Shown here: piece after piece, positions 26,885 through 38,337 of the stretch
Numbering within the stretch: position 1 is the first letter of the stretch
Layout of the letters: every line of letters starts with the position of its first letter
Assembly: GCA_014382585.1 (NCBI GenBank)
Contig: JACNJL010000058.1
Location: 27,364 to 91,363, forward strand
Direction of reading: 5' to 3'
From: Limisphaerales bacterium
Lineage (GTDB): Bacteria > Verrucomicrobiota > Verrucomicrobiia > Limisphaerales > UBA1100
Length of the DNA stretch: 64,000 bases
Notes under the pieces: generated by a model
Database searches by the model: none
The model's input: the letters and a program-made list of their open reading frames with translations, nothing else
Told to the model about the DNA's origin: nothing
Translations under genes and position numbers: made by a program

Positions 26885-26910
26885 TCCCCATCAACCCTCA
26901 ACTATCAACC

Positions 26911-26925
26911 GCGGCCAAAGGCCGC
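26911..26925 (-). terminator. short GC hairpin immediately after the stop of the 1005-aa gene
   Basis: gcggcc-aaa-ggccgc, 5 nt from the TAG stop at 26930-26932. There is no U tract, so terminator function is uncertain. Confidence 0.25.
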
Positions 26926-26929
26926 TCCG

Positions 26930-29900
26930 CTACTCAATCACTTCCTGGCGTTGCTTTGCGGTTTCGGCTTCTAATTCTTCCTGCAATAGTGCGGTTGGAA
27001 ATTCCGGGTCGGCGGTGACTTTGATTTCCTGGACGAATTCTTTGCCATCCACCGTTAGGATGACGATGAAGGTGCCCGCGCCGGCCGATGCGCCGGGGCG
27101 AGTGAGGTTGGGCGCGGGACGGCCGGGACGGCCGCCGGCTGTCCCTTTGCCGGGTGCGGGGCGCGGGGCGGGAGGACGGGCGGCGGCGCGCAAATCCCAG
27201 CGAACGGCGTGGAGGCCTTTAGATTTTTCCACGGGCAACCGCCGAATGGCTTGGCCGCGGGCATTGCGAATTTCCAGTGACGCCGTTTTTGCGTTTTCAC
27301 CAAGGTGATAAAAAATCCGGCTGCCGAAAGCCGGATTTGTACCAGCAAAATTCCGATGGCCCGAGCGTGAAAACCCGAGCGCGCCCCCCCACAAAACGCC
27401 TTCGCGCGGTTGAAACAAATGTGCTGTGGCCGCCGCCACTTTTTGGGTGAACTGACGCAGCGGAGTGATCTCCAAAATCCACGCGCTGCGGCCGTGGGTG
27501 CCCGCGACAATTTCGCCCGCGGTAGGATGCACTGCAATCTCGTGCACCGCCACAGTGGGGAAATTATTCTTCAGGCGAAGCCAACTTTTGCCCCGATCCA
27601 CGCTGGCGAATACGCCGAACTCCGTGCCGCAATAGAGCAGATTTTCGTTCACCACATCCTCGCGCAAACAACGCGTGCTGCCCTTCGGCAAATTCGCCAC
27701 TAACGATTTCCACGTGGCGCCGAAATCTTCGGTCGCATAAATATGCGGCGCGTCGTTGTTGGATCGATGGCCATCGAAAGCCACATAGGCGCGGCCTTCG
27801 GCAAAGCGCGAAGCCTCGATGCTGGCCACGTGAAAGGGTTTTGCCAGACCAACTTGTTTGACAAGATTCGTCCATGCCTGTCCACCATCGCGCGTGAGCC
27901 ACAGCGCGCCGTCATCGGTGCCTACCCACAGCACACCGGATTTGCGGGGTGATTCTGCAAGAGCGGTGGCCGTACCGCGATCGGTGAGGCCGAGCTTGGG
28001 CGAAATGCGCTGAAGATTTTCACCACGATTGAGTGAACGAAAGGCGTAGTTTCCCGCGCTGTAAAAAATGCGCGAGTTATGCGGGCTCAGTGTGAACGGC
28101 GTTTTCCAGTTAAACTTCACGTCCTTACCCGGCGGGCGGAGTGTGTAGCGCTCGCCGGTTTTCATATTGACGCGCCAGATGCGGCCGCCCTGCATTTCGC
28201 AGTAGACGGTGAATGGATCTTCGGGATCGGCCCGGCATAAAAACCCATCGCCGCCACCGATGCGCAGCCAATCGCTATTGACCGTTCCGCGCGTTCCGCG
28301 TTTGCGATTAGGCGCACCCCAGGAGCCGTTGTCCTGTAAACCGCCGTACACCCAATAGGGTGCGCGGGTGTCCACGCCGATATCATAAAACTGGCCGATG
28401 TCCATCACGTTATGGAAATCCCACGTGACGCCGCGATCGTGCGTGATGTACAAGCCGCCGTCGCAGCCGAGGATGAGATGGCGACCGTCGCGAGGATTGA
28501 TCCACAGCGCGTGGTGATCCGGATGCACGCCGCGCGCGCCGGCCTTGAAGGTTTTGCCTCGATCGGTGGAGGTGTGAAATTGGATGCCCATCACGTAAAT
28601 GAAATTGTCGTCAGTGGGATCCACGAAAATTTGGCTGTAATAAAACGGACGCGGGTTGAGGCTGTTGATGCGCTTCCAAGTTTCGCCGCCATCTTCGCTG
28701 CGATAAATGCCGCCCGTTTCGTTCCCCACCGCGCCCTGCTCTTTCATCGCGTTGGCGCGCTGGCCGCCGAGGTAGCTGGCGAAAGGCCGGCTGCTGTCGC
28801 CGCCCCGTTTGCCAAAGGTGAGTTCGACTTCCAATTCCCCGTCATCGCGCTTGAGTTTCACTTTCACTTTATCCTTCGGCTTGTGGGCGCGAATGGCGAC
28901 GATGAGGTCGTTATAGCTGTTCACTTTTTTCCCGTCCACCTGCAAAACAAGATCACCGGCTTGGATGCCCGCCTTAGCTGAGGGGCCATCTTGGGTCACG
29001 CCTTGAATGAGTGCTTCCCTCACGCGGTTGCCGCCGCTGATGCCCATGAACGCCGTGGCGGGGCCGTCGCCAATTTTATCCGTCTCGACGATGGCGTAAA
29101 CCACGGCAGGATTTTTTTCATAAAACGCAATGCCCACGCGGCCGAGCGGTCGTGTCGGCAAGCCCTTTTGCAGCTTCGTCCAATTCGCGCCGGCGTCGGT
29201 GGTCTTGTAAATGCCGCTGCCGGGGCCCCAACGCTTGGCGGGATCGTTGGAGTCAAAGCCGTCCCGCTCGCGTTCGTACATCGCCACGATGAGCGTGTCG
29301 GGATTGGTCGGATGCATCTTTAATTCCACGCAGCCGGTTTTGTTATCGACGTGTAAAACCTTGTTCCACGTCTTGCCGCCGTTGGTGGTTTTGTAAACGC
29401 CGCGTTCCTCATTCGGCCCCCATAAACGACCGAGTGCACCCACGTAAACGATATCCGGATTGTTTGGATGAATGGCGATGCGCCCGATTTGAAAGGATTT
29501 TTTCAAACCCATATTGGCCCACGTTTTGCCGCCGTCGGTGGATTTATAAACGCCATCGCCCCAGCTCACCGAGTTGCGGGCGTTGTGTTCGCCGGTGCCC
29601 ACCCAGATGACTTTCGGATTACTCCGCGACACCGCCACATCGCCGATGGACACGGTGGATTGTTTTTCAAAAACCGGCGTAAACGTTGTGCCATTATTAG
29701 TGGTCTTGAAGAGCCCGCCCGAAGCGGTCGCCAAATAAAATGTAAACGGATCATCCGGCAGCACCTCCAAATCCACAATCCGCCCGCCCATACTCGCCGG
29801 CCCAATCGACCGCCATTGCATTTGCGCCACCCACGCCTCCTCAAATCTCACCGGTTCCGAAGCAATCGGGGCATCGGTTTTATTTTCATCCTGAGCCATC

Positions 29901-29947
29901 GCGGCGCAGGCCAACAGCGGCAGCATCAGCCATGCTTTACTTTGCAT
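26930..29947 (-). CDS. secreted sortilin/VPS10-like BNR (Asp-box) beta-propeller protein with an inserted PDZ domain
   Basis: Signal peptide. At least 9 Asp boxes (STDGGKTW, TTNGGKTW, TTDAGANW, SEDGGETW, STDRGKTF, THDRGVTW, TRDGGQAW, TEDFGATW, SVDRGKSW). PDZ-like GIQAGDLVLQVDGKKVNSYNDLIVAI. Confidence 0.85.
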   Translation of the reverse strand: MQSKAWLMLPLLACAAMAQDENKTDAPIASEPVRFEEAWVAQMQWRSIGPASMGGRIVDLEVLPDDPFTFYLATASGGLFKTTNNGTTFTPVFEKQSTVSIGDVAVSRSNPKVIWVGTGEHNARNSVSWGDGVYKSTDGGKTWANMGLKKSFQIGRIAIHPNNPDIVYVGALGRLWGPNEERGVYKTTNGGKTWNKVLHVDNKTGCVELKMHPTNPDTLIVAMYERERDGFDSNDPAKRWGPGSGIYKTTDAGANWTKLQKGLPTRPLGRVGIAFYEKNPAVVYAIVETDKIGDGPATAFMGISGGNRVREALIQGVTQDGPSAKAGIQAGDLVLQVDGKKVNSYNDLIVAIRAHKPKDKVKVKLKRDDGELEVELTFGKRGGDSSRPFASYLGGQRANAMKEQGAVGNETGGIYRSEDGGETWKRINSLNPRPFYYSQIFVDPTDDNFIYVMGIQFHTSTDRGKTFKAGARGVHPDHHALWINPRDGRHLILGCDGGLYITHDRGVTWDFHNVMDIGQFYDIGVDTRAPYWVYGGLQDNGSWGAPNRKRGTRGTVNSDWLRIGGGDGFLCRADPEDPFTVYCEMQGGRIWRVNMKTGERYTLRPPGKDVKFNWKTPFTLSPHNSRIFYSAGNYAFRSLNRGENLQRISPKLGLTDRGTATALAESPRKSGVLWVGTDDGALWLTRDGGQAWTNLVKQVGLAKPFHVASIEASRFAEGRAYVAFDGHRSNNDAPHIYATEDFGATWKSLVANLPKGSTRCLREDVVNENLLYCGTEFGVFASVDRGKSWLRLKNNFPTVAVHEIAVHPTAGEIVAGTHGRSAWILEITPLRQFTQKVAAATAHLFQPREGVLWGGALGFSRSGHRNFAGTNPAFGSRIFYHLGENAKTASLEIRNARGQAIRRLPVEKSKGLHAVRWDLRAAARPPAPRPAPGKGTAGGRPGRPAPNLTRPGASAGAGTFIVILTVDGKEFVQEIKVTADPEFPTALLQEELEAETAKQRQEVIE

Positions 29948-30019
29948 ACAGCGAGTGTAGCATTCGCCTCCGGGGGGGCAAAGTAAAAGGGCTTAACCTG
30001 TTCCCCGCCTCAACCCATC

Positions 30020-31600
30020 ATGAGCGACCGACTGCAAAAATACATCGTGATTATTTTCGGCATCGCGACCGTAACAATGGTTCTCTGGACCCAACGAGAA
30101 GCGATTCACGATTTAACTGAGCCGGAGGTGCCGGAAAAACAACCCGCGAATTTGGATGAACGCGTGGAACAATTGCTCGCGCGCGGGGAGGTGCTCACTC
30201 AGCAGCATTGCGTCGCGTGCCACACGCTGCCCACGCCGGAAATGCTCGATCGCGGCGCGTGGGATTTGACGCTTGCCCGAATGTTACCATGGGTGGGCTT
30301 GGTGCCGCCCGGCACGGGCCTATCCAATACCAATGGATTTGACCGCGTGTTGGCCGCCGGATTGTACCCACCCAAACCGCTCATGCCTGATCAAGATTGG
30401 AAACTGATTCACAGCTATTTCCTCACCAAAGCTCCCCGCCATTTACCTCGGCCGAGTGGTGTGAAATTTGTCGGCTCACAAAAAACATTTGCCGCGATCA
30501 CCCCCGACGCACCTTTTGATGCGAGCTGCATCGCAGTTCGGGTTCAACCAAATACCGGCGGTTTGTGGGCCACCCATTATCCCACAAAAACAGTGCACCG
30601 AATGACCCCCGAATTAAACTGGCAAACTCCAGCCATCAAACTGGGCGGTTCACCTGTGGAAATGCGATTCACATCCGACGGCATGGTGGGCGCATTGATC
30701 GGGAGCTTTATGCCTTCCTTCGAACAAAACGGCGCTTTAATCCGCTGGCGCGATGGCAAGGCGAACACATTGGCCGCATCGCTTTACCGGCCCACCGACG
30801 TGTTACCTGTAGATTTAAATGGGGATGGCCGAGAAGATTTGGTCGTCTGCGAATATGGCCACTACACGGGCAGCGTATTTTGGCTGGAAAACAAAGGCGA
30901 TACATTTGAACGCCACACATTGCTCGACATGCCCGGCTGCCTCAACGCAGCCAGCGCTGATTTCAACGGAGATCAACGGCCCGATCTGGTCATCTTAACC
31001 GCCCAGGCACGCGAGGCGGTTTACCTCCTCCTCAATTTGGGCGACAACCATTTTGAACCAAGCATGTTACTGCCCCGCCAGCCGATGTGGGGACACTCGC
31101 ATATTGAAACCTATGATTTCAATAATGACACCCACCCCGATCTTCTCATTACCAACGGAGACAACGGCGAACTGAACCCCGCACTGTCACGCCCTTACCA
31201 CGGGGTGCGCGTGCATTTGAATGATGGTAAAAACAATTTCACAAAGGAACTTTTTTTCTCACAACCCGGCGCGTACAAAGCCCTTGCTGCCGACTTCGAT
31301 TCAGATGGCGACTTGGACATCGCCTCGATCGCATTTTTTGCGGATTACAAACTCAACCCACACGCAGGATTTATTTATTTGCGACAAGACGCCGCCCTGA
31401 AATTTTCCGCCCACTCACTGCCCGAAGCAGACCGCGGTCGATGGATCACCCTCGACGCCGGGGATGTTGACCGCGATCAGGATATCGATCTGGTTCTTGG
31501 CGCGCACAACATGCCCCAACGACAAATTCCAGACGCACTTCGAAAACGCTGGGCGGAAAAACCAACCCCCATCTTGATCCTCAAAAACCTCACGAAATAA
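30020..31600 (+). CDS. membrane-anchored FG-GAP/VCBS repeat protein with N-terminal CxxCH motif
   Basis: N-terminal TM segment and CVACHTLP heme-like motif. FG-GAP Ca-binding-like repeats DLNGDGREDLVV, DFNGDQRPDLVI, DFNNDTHPDLLI, DFDSDGDLDIAS, DVDRDQDIDLVL. Confidence 0.8.
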   Translation: MSDRLQKYIVIIFGIATVTMVLWTQREAIHDLTEPEVPEKQPANLDERVEQLLARGEVLTQQHCVACHTLPTPEMLDRGAWDLTLARMLPWVGLVPPGTGLSNTNGFDRVLAAGLYPPKPLMPDQDWKLIHSYFLTKAPRHLPRPSGVKFVGSQKTFAAITPDAPFDASCIAVRVQPNTGGLWATHYPTKTVHRMTPELNWQTPAIKLGGSPVEMRFTSDGMVGALIGSFMPSFEQNGALIRWRDGKANTLAASLYRPTDVLPVDLNGDGREDLVVCEYGHYTGSVFWLENKGDTFERHTLLDMPGCLNAASADFNGDQRPDLVILTAQAREAVYLLLNLGDNHFEPSMLLPRQPMWGHSHIETYDFNNDTHPDLLITNGDNGELNPALSRPYHGVRVHLNDGKNNFTKELFFSQPGAYKALAADFDSDGDLDIASIAFFADYKLNPHAGFIYLRQDAALKFSAHSLPEADRGRWITLDAGDVDRDQDIDLVLGAHNMPQRQIPDALRKRWAEKPTPILILKNLTK

Positions 31601-31673
31601 CCCACACACCCAGCCATCTGTGACTGAATATACGTTGCAACAGATCGGTCTGATAGGTAAAATTAACCCAAAT

Positions 31674-34600
31674 ATGAAAGCAATTCTGACTTTTCCCACC
31701 GTTTTCATTGCGGTGTTTGCGATCAACGCTGCCAGCCCGGATAAGGGCACTAAACCGGTTAGTTACTTCGATCAAATTCGCCCCATCCTGCAGGCCAATT
31801 GTCAGGGCTGCCATCAACCGGCCAAAGCCAAGGGCGGTTATGTAATGACGGAATTTGCAGCACTCTTAAAAGGCGGCGATGACGAAGGTGCGGCCGTCGT
31901 ACCGGGCAAACCGGATGAAAGCGCATTGTTGGCGCTAATCTTGCCCGACAAAGACGGCGAAGCGGAAATGCCCAAAGGAAAAGATCCGCTACACTCGGCC
32001 GAGACTGAGCTGATCAAACAATGGATCACCGAGGGCGCGAAGGACGACACGCCCGCCAGCGCGCAACGCAAAGTCGATACCGAGCATCCGCCAATATACA
32101 CGCTGCCGCCGGTGATCACTTCACTGGATTATTCCCCCGACGGCACTCTGCTCGCCGTGGCCGGTTTTCACGAAGTACTGTTGCACAAAGCCGATGGCTC
32201 CGGATTGGTCGCGCGGCTCATCGGATTGAGCGAGCGGATTGAAAGCGTACGCTTTTCGCCGGACGGAAAATTCCTCGCCGTCACCGGCGGCAACCCCGCG
32301 CGCATGGGCGAAGTGCAAATTTGGGACGTCGCCAAACGCAAACTCGCGCTCTCGCATTCCAGCACCTTCGACACCATCTACGGCGCCAGTTGGTCGCCCG
32401 ACGGCAATGCCATCGCCTTCGGCTGTGCGGACAACACCGTCCGCGCCATCAACACCAAGACCGGCGAACAGATTTTCTATCAAGGTGCCCACACCGATTG
32501 GGTGCTCGGCACGGTGTTCGATGTTAAAGGCGAACACCTCATTTCCGCCGGACGCGACATGACCTCCAAACTCACCGTCTTCAAATCCTCCCGCTTCGTC
32601 GACAACATCACCTCCATCACACCGAAAGCGCTCAAAGGTGGCATCGCTTCCATCACCCGCCATCCCACGCGCGAGCACATCCTTGTGGGCGGCGCGGATG
32701 GCGCGCCACAAATCTATCGTATCTTCCGCCAAACCAAACGCGTCATTGGCGACAACGCGAATCTCATACGCAAATTCCCCGACATGCCCGGCCGCATCTT
32801 CAGTGTGCGCTACTCCAAAGACGGCAACATTTTCGCCGCCGGTAGCGCCCTCGACGGGCACGGGCAGGTGACGTTGTACTCCGCAGAGGTGCCGGAAAAA
32901 ATCCCGGCCGACATCACAGCCATCCAAGCCAAGCGCGTGAAAGACCGCAAACCGGCTGAGATCATCAAGCTCGATAAATTTCACAACGACGGCGTCAAAC
33001 AAATCGCCAAGCTCGATATTCCCGCGAGCGGAATTTATGCGCTGGCATTTAGTCCCGACGGCAAAACCCTAGCCGCTGCCGGCAGCGACGGACACATTCG
33101 TTTTCTCAACGCCGCCGACGGCAAAGAGTTGAAAAAATTCGTGCCCGTCGCCCTGAGCAAACCCGGCGCCAACGCCGCCATGGCCACTAAGGGCGGATTG
33201 AACCCCACGAAGACCCTCACCGAATCACTGCCCAAAGGTGCGAAGATCGCCAGCTTGAACATCGAACCCGCGAACATTTCGCTGACCGGCGCAGGCGATT
33301 ACGCGCAGGTGCTCGTCACTGCCCAGTTCACAAATGGGACGCGGGCCGATGTCACCCGCATTGCCAAGCTCACGCTCAACGGTGCCATCGCCACAGCGAA
33401 CGCGCGCGGACAAGTGACGCCCGCCAAAAATGGCGCGGGGCAATTCATCGCGGAATTGGGCGGACAAACCGTCACAGCCAAAATCACGGTCAATGGCATT
33501 GGCTCTAAACGCAAAATTGATTACGTGCGCGACGTAATGCCGGTGCTCTCCAAACTCGGGTGTAATGCGGGGACGTGCCACGGCGCGAAGGACGGCAAGA
33601 ATGGATTCAAACTTTCGCTACGCGGCTACGATCCATTGTACGATGTGCGGGCGTTCACCGATGAACTCGCCAGCCGTCGCGTCAATATCGCATCACCAGC
33701 AGATAGTTTAATGCTGCTCAAATCCACCGCCGCCGTACCGCACGAAGGCGGGCAAGTCACCAAACCGGGAGACAAGTATTACGCCATTTTACACGAGTGG
33801 ATTACCACCGGCGCGAAGTTGAATCTCAAGTCAGCGCGGGTGGTATCGATTGAGTTGTCGCCGCAAAAGCCGGTCATCCAAAACATCGGCGGCCGGCAAC
33901 AGATGCGCGTCATCGCCACATACAGCAACGGCGAAAAACGCGACGTTACCGCCGAGGCTTTCATTTCCAGCAGCAACCAAGACGTGACCGATGCGGACAA
34001 AGGCGGCCTCGTCACTGTACTGCGCCGCGGCGAGGCGGCGGTACTCGCACGCTTCGAGGGCGCGTATGCAGCAACCACGATCACCGCAATGGGCGATCGC
34101 TCAGGCTTTGTTTGGAAACAACCCGAGACGTGGGGCGACATCGACCAGCTCACCGCTACTAAATGGAAACAAATGAAAATTGCGCCCTCGGGTTTGTCCA
34201 GCGATGCGGAATTTTTGCGACGCGTCTACCTTGACCTCACCGGCTTGCCGCCCAGCGCAGAAGCCGTGGAAAAATTTCTCGCCGATAAACGCCCCACTCG
34301 CATCAAACGCGAGGGGCTCATCGATGAGTTAGTGGGCAACGAAAATTACGTTGATCATTGGGCAAACAAATGGGCGGACCTGCTGCAGGTCAACCGGAAG
34401 TTCCTCGGCGCGGAAGGGGCGAAGGCGTTTCGCGAGTGGATCCGTAATGAGGTAAAAACCAACACGCCTTACGACGAATTCGCGCGCAAAATCCTCACCG
34501 CGAGCGGGTCGAACAAAACCAATCCGGCGGCAAGCTATTACAAAATTTTACGCAAGCCCGATGCCATTATGGAAAATACCACGCACTTGTGGTTGGCCAC

Positions 34601-36761
34601 GCGGTTTAATTGCAACAAATGCCACGACCACCCTTTCGAACGTTGGACGCAGGATCAATATTATGAAACTGCCGCGTTCTTCGCGCAGGTGGGCTTGAAA
34701 AATGACGCCAAGGCCAGCGGCAAAAAAACTGTCGGCGGCACTGCGGTGGAAGGAAAGAAACCATTATTCGAAGAAATTTTCGACAAGCCCAATGGCGACA
34801 TGAAACACGAACGCACCGGCGCGGTCACTGCGCCGAAGTTTCCGTTCGTAGCCCAGTTTGATAAAAAAGAAAAAGCCACTCGCCGCGAGGAACTCGCCGC
34901 GTGGATCACCAGTCCCGACAACCGCTACTTTGCGCGCAGTTATGTGAATCGCCTTTGGGGTTACCTGCTCGGCGTGGGCATCATCGAGCCGCTGGACGAC
35001 ATTCGTGCGGGCAATCCCGCTTCCAACCCCGAATTACTCGACTGGCTCACGGCGGAATTCATCAAGAGCAAGTTTAACGTGCAACACGTCGTGAAACTCA
35101 TTTGTAAAAGCCGCACTTATCAACTGTCCATTGCCACCAATCCGTGGAATGAAGATGATGGCATCAATTATTCGCACGCCCTGCCCCGTCGGCTTCCAGC
35201 AGAGGTGTTGTACGACGCAATTCATTTTGCCACCGGCACAAAAACTAAGATTCCCGGTGTGCCCGCCGGCACCCGTGCTGCTGCATTGCCCGATTCGGGC
35301 GTGAAGCTGCCCGATGGATTTCTTGGCACTCTCGGCAGACCCTCGCGTGAAAGCGCCTGCGAATGCGAGCGCATCAACGGTCTGCAGCTCGGCCCTGTGA
35401 TGGCGCTCATCACCGGTCCCACGGTGGATGCCGCCCTCACCGCGCCCGACAACGACATCACCAAACTAGTGAAGGAGCAACCTGATGATACTCAACTGGT
35501 CAATGGACTCTACCTCCGCATCCTCAACCGACCCGCGAGCAAAGCGGAGATTACTAAAGCCGTGGAACTGCTCAATTCCATTGAGCCCGAACATCAGGCG
35601 TTGCTGAAGGAATTGGCCGCGTACGAAAAGCAGTTGGAACCGGTCACCCAAAAAAGAGAAGCCGCACGGCAAGCCAACATTGACGAAGCGAAGGCCAAGC
35701 TCGCCGCATATGAAAAGGAAATTGCCCCGCGTGAGAAGAAACTCAACGACGAACAAAACGCCCGCGTCGTCGCCGCCGAAAAAGTATTAAAAGAACATCA
35801 AACCAAACTGAACAAACAATACACCGCATGGCTTGCCAATCCCGCCAGCAAAACAATGTGGGAGCCGCTTGAGTTTAGTGAATTAAAATCCAAAATTGGC
35901 ACCACGCTGGCCAATGAAAAAGACGGCGTTATTTTTGCCAGCGGCAAGAATGGCAAGGATACTTTCACGCTAACCACCGAAATCCACGCGAAAGGTCTCA
36001 CCGGACTGCGACTGGAAGCATTGCCGGATAAACGCCTACCCAAGGGTGGCCCCGGACGCGCGCCGGATGATGGCAATTTTGTGCTCACTGAACTGGAACT
36101 TTTCTGGGCTCCCAAGGACAAGCCAAATGAACGGAAACCGCTCAAGCTCGAAAAAGCCAAAGCCAACTTTAGCCAAAACAGTTATGCTGTGACCACCGCC
36201 ATCGACGGCAAACTCGCCGGTGCCTCCAACGGGTGGGCAATTGCACCGCAAATGAACAAGCCGCACACAGCGTCATTCGAAATCAAAGATACCCCCAATA
36301 ACGAGGCTCCAATTCTGCTGACATTCGAAATGAAACAGGAATTCCAAGGCAACAACTGGCAACTTGGGAAATTCCGTTGGTCCATCACACGCAGCAAAAA
36401 ACCTGTTGATTTCGGGCATCCGCAGAACATTGCCGACCTCCTTGCGCTAGCTGCCGATAAGCGTGATGCTAAACAAAACAAAACGCTCAAAGATTATTAC
36501 AACAAACAGGACACCCAGCTGGCGAACCTCAGCAAAGCCTTAGCCGATGCCAAAAAGCCGCGGCCCATCGACCCCAAACTCAAGGGACACCAAGCCGTAC
36601 TCAGTCGCGCTCAAGCGCCCTTGCTTATTGACCCCAAGCTGACCACCCTCGAACGTGCCGTCGGTCTCAGTACAACGCAGCTCTCCAACAAACGCCTTTA
36701 CGGCGCCCAGGACATCGCCTGGGCACTCATCAACAGCCCCGCGTTTTTATTTAATCACTAA
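31674..36761 (+). CDS. giant secreted PSCyt1 / WD40 / Ig-like / DUF1549 / DUF1553 protein with coiled-coil and beta-sandwich insertion
   Basis: ATG at 31674 gives signal peptide MKAILTFPTVFIAVFAINA. CQGCHQ (PSCyt1), WD40-like FSPDGK/WSPDGN repeats, GCNAGTCHGAKDGKNGFKLSLRGYDP, CNKCHDHPFERW (DUF1549). DUF1553-type terminal helix DIAWALINSPAFLFNH. Confidence 0.85.
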   Translation: MKAILTFPTVFIAVFAINAASPDKGTKPVSYFDQIRPILQANCQGCHQPAKAKGGYVMTEFAALLKGGDDEGAAVVPGKPDESALLALILPDKDGEAEMPKGKDPLHSAETELIKQWITEGAKDDTPASAQRKVDTEHPPIYTLPPVITSLDYSPDGTLLAVAGFHEVLLHKADGSGLVARLIGLSERIESVRFSPDGKFLAVTGGNPARMGEVQIWDVAKRKLALSHSSTFDTIYGASWSPDGNAIAFGCADNTVRAINTKTGEQIFYQGAHTDWVLGTVFDVKGEHLISAGRDMTSKLTVFKSSRFVDNITSITPKALKGGIASITRHPTREHILVGGADGAPQIYRIFRQTKRVIGDNANLIRKFPDMPGRIFSVRYSKDGNIFAAGSALDGHGQVTLYSAEVPEKIPADITAIQAKRVKDRKPAEIIKLDKFHNDGVKQIAKLDIPASGIYALAFSPDGKTLAAAGSDGHIRFLNAADGKELKKFVPVALSKPGANAAMATKGGLNPTKTLTESLPKGAKIASLNIEPANISLTGAGDYAQVLVTAQFTNGTRADVTRIAKLTLNGAIATANARGQVTPAKNGAGQFIAELGGQTVTAKITVNGIGSKRKIDYVRDVMPVLSKLGCNAGTCHGAKDGKNGFKLSLRGYDPLYDVRAFTDELASRRVNIASPADSLMLLKSTAAVPHEGGQVTKPGDKYYAILHEWITTGAKLNLKSARVVSIELSPQKPVIQNIGGRQQMRVIATYSNGEKRDVTAEAFISSSNQDVTDADKGGLVTVLRRGEAAVLARFEGAYAATTITAMGDRSGFVWKQPETWGDIDQLTATKWKQMKIAPSGLSSDAEFLRRVYLDLTGLPPSAEAVEKFLADKRPTRIKREGLIDELVGNENYVDHWANKWADLLQVNRKFLGAEGAKAFREWIRNEVKTNTPYDEFARKILTASGSNKTNPAASYYKILRKPDAIMENTTHLWLATRFNCNKCHDHPFERWTQDQYYETAAFFAQVGLKNDAKASGKKTVGGTAVEGKKPLFEEIFDKPNGDMKHERTGAVTAPKFPFVAQFDKKEKATRREELAAWITSPDNRYFARSYVNRLWGYLLGVGIIEPLDDIRAGNPASNPELLDWLTAEFIKSKFNVQHVVKLICKSRTYQLSIATNPWNEDDGINYSHALPRRLPAEVLYDAIHFATGTKTKIPGVPAGTRAAALPDSGVKLPDGFLGTLGRPSRESACECERINGLQLGPVMALITGPTVDAALTAPDNDITKLVKEQPDDTQLVNGLYLRILNRPASKAEITKAVELLNSIEPEHQALLKELAAYEKQLEPVTQKREAARQANIDEAKAKLAAYEKEIAPREKKLNDEQNARVVAAEKVLKEHQTKLNKQYTAWLANPASKTMWEPLEFSELKSKIGTTLANEKDGVIFASGKNGKDTFTLTTEIHAKGLTGLRLEALPDKRLPKGGPGRAPDDGNFVLTELELFWAPKDKPNERKPLKLEKAKANFSQNSYAVTTAIDGKLAGASNGWAIAPQMNKPHTASFEIKDTPNNEAPILLTFEMKQEFQGNNWQLGKFRWSITRSKKPVDFGHPQNIADLLALAADKRDAKQNKTLKDYYNKQDTQLANLSKALADAKKPRPIDPKLKGHQAVLSRAQAPLLIDPKLTTLERAVGLSTTQLSNKRLYGAQDIAWALINSPAFLFNH

Positions 36762-36815
36762 CACTCGACAAAACCCAATAAACCGTTACTCTCAAAACAA
36801 GCGAAGGAACACACG

Positions 36816-38282
<1,467 letters not shown>

Positions 38283-38311
38283 CCGGGACGAACAATATAA
38301 TCCAGCTCCCC

Positions 38312-38337
38312 AAGACCCGGAATTCCGGGTCTTTTTT
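38312..38337 (+). terminator. rho-independent terminator
   Basis: aagacccgg (38312-38320) pairs with ccgggtctt (38325-38333) around an aatt loop, followed by a T run to 38337. The T tract overlaps the stop codon of the convergent dehydratase gene. Confidence 0.8.
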
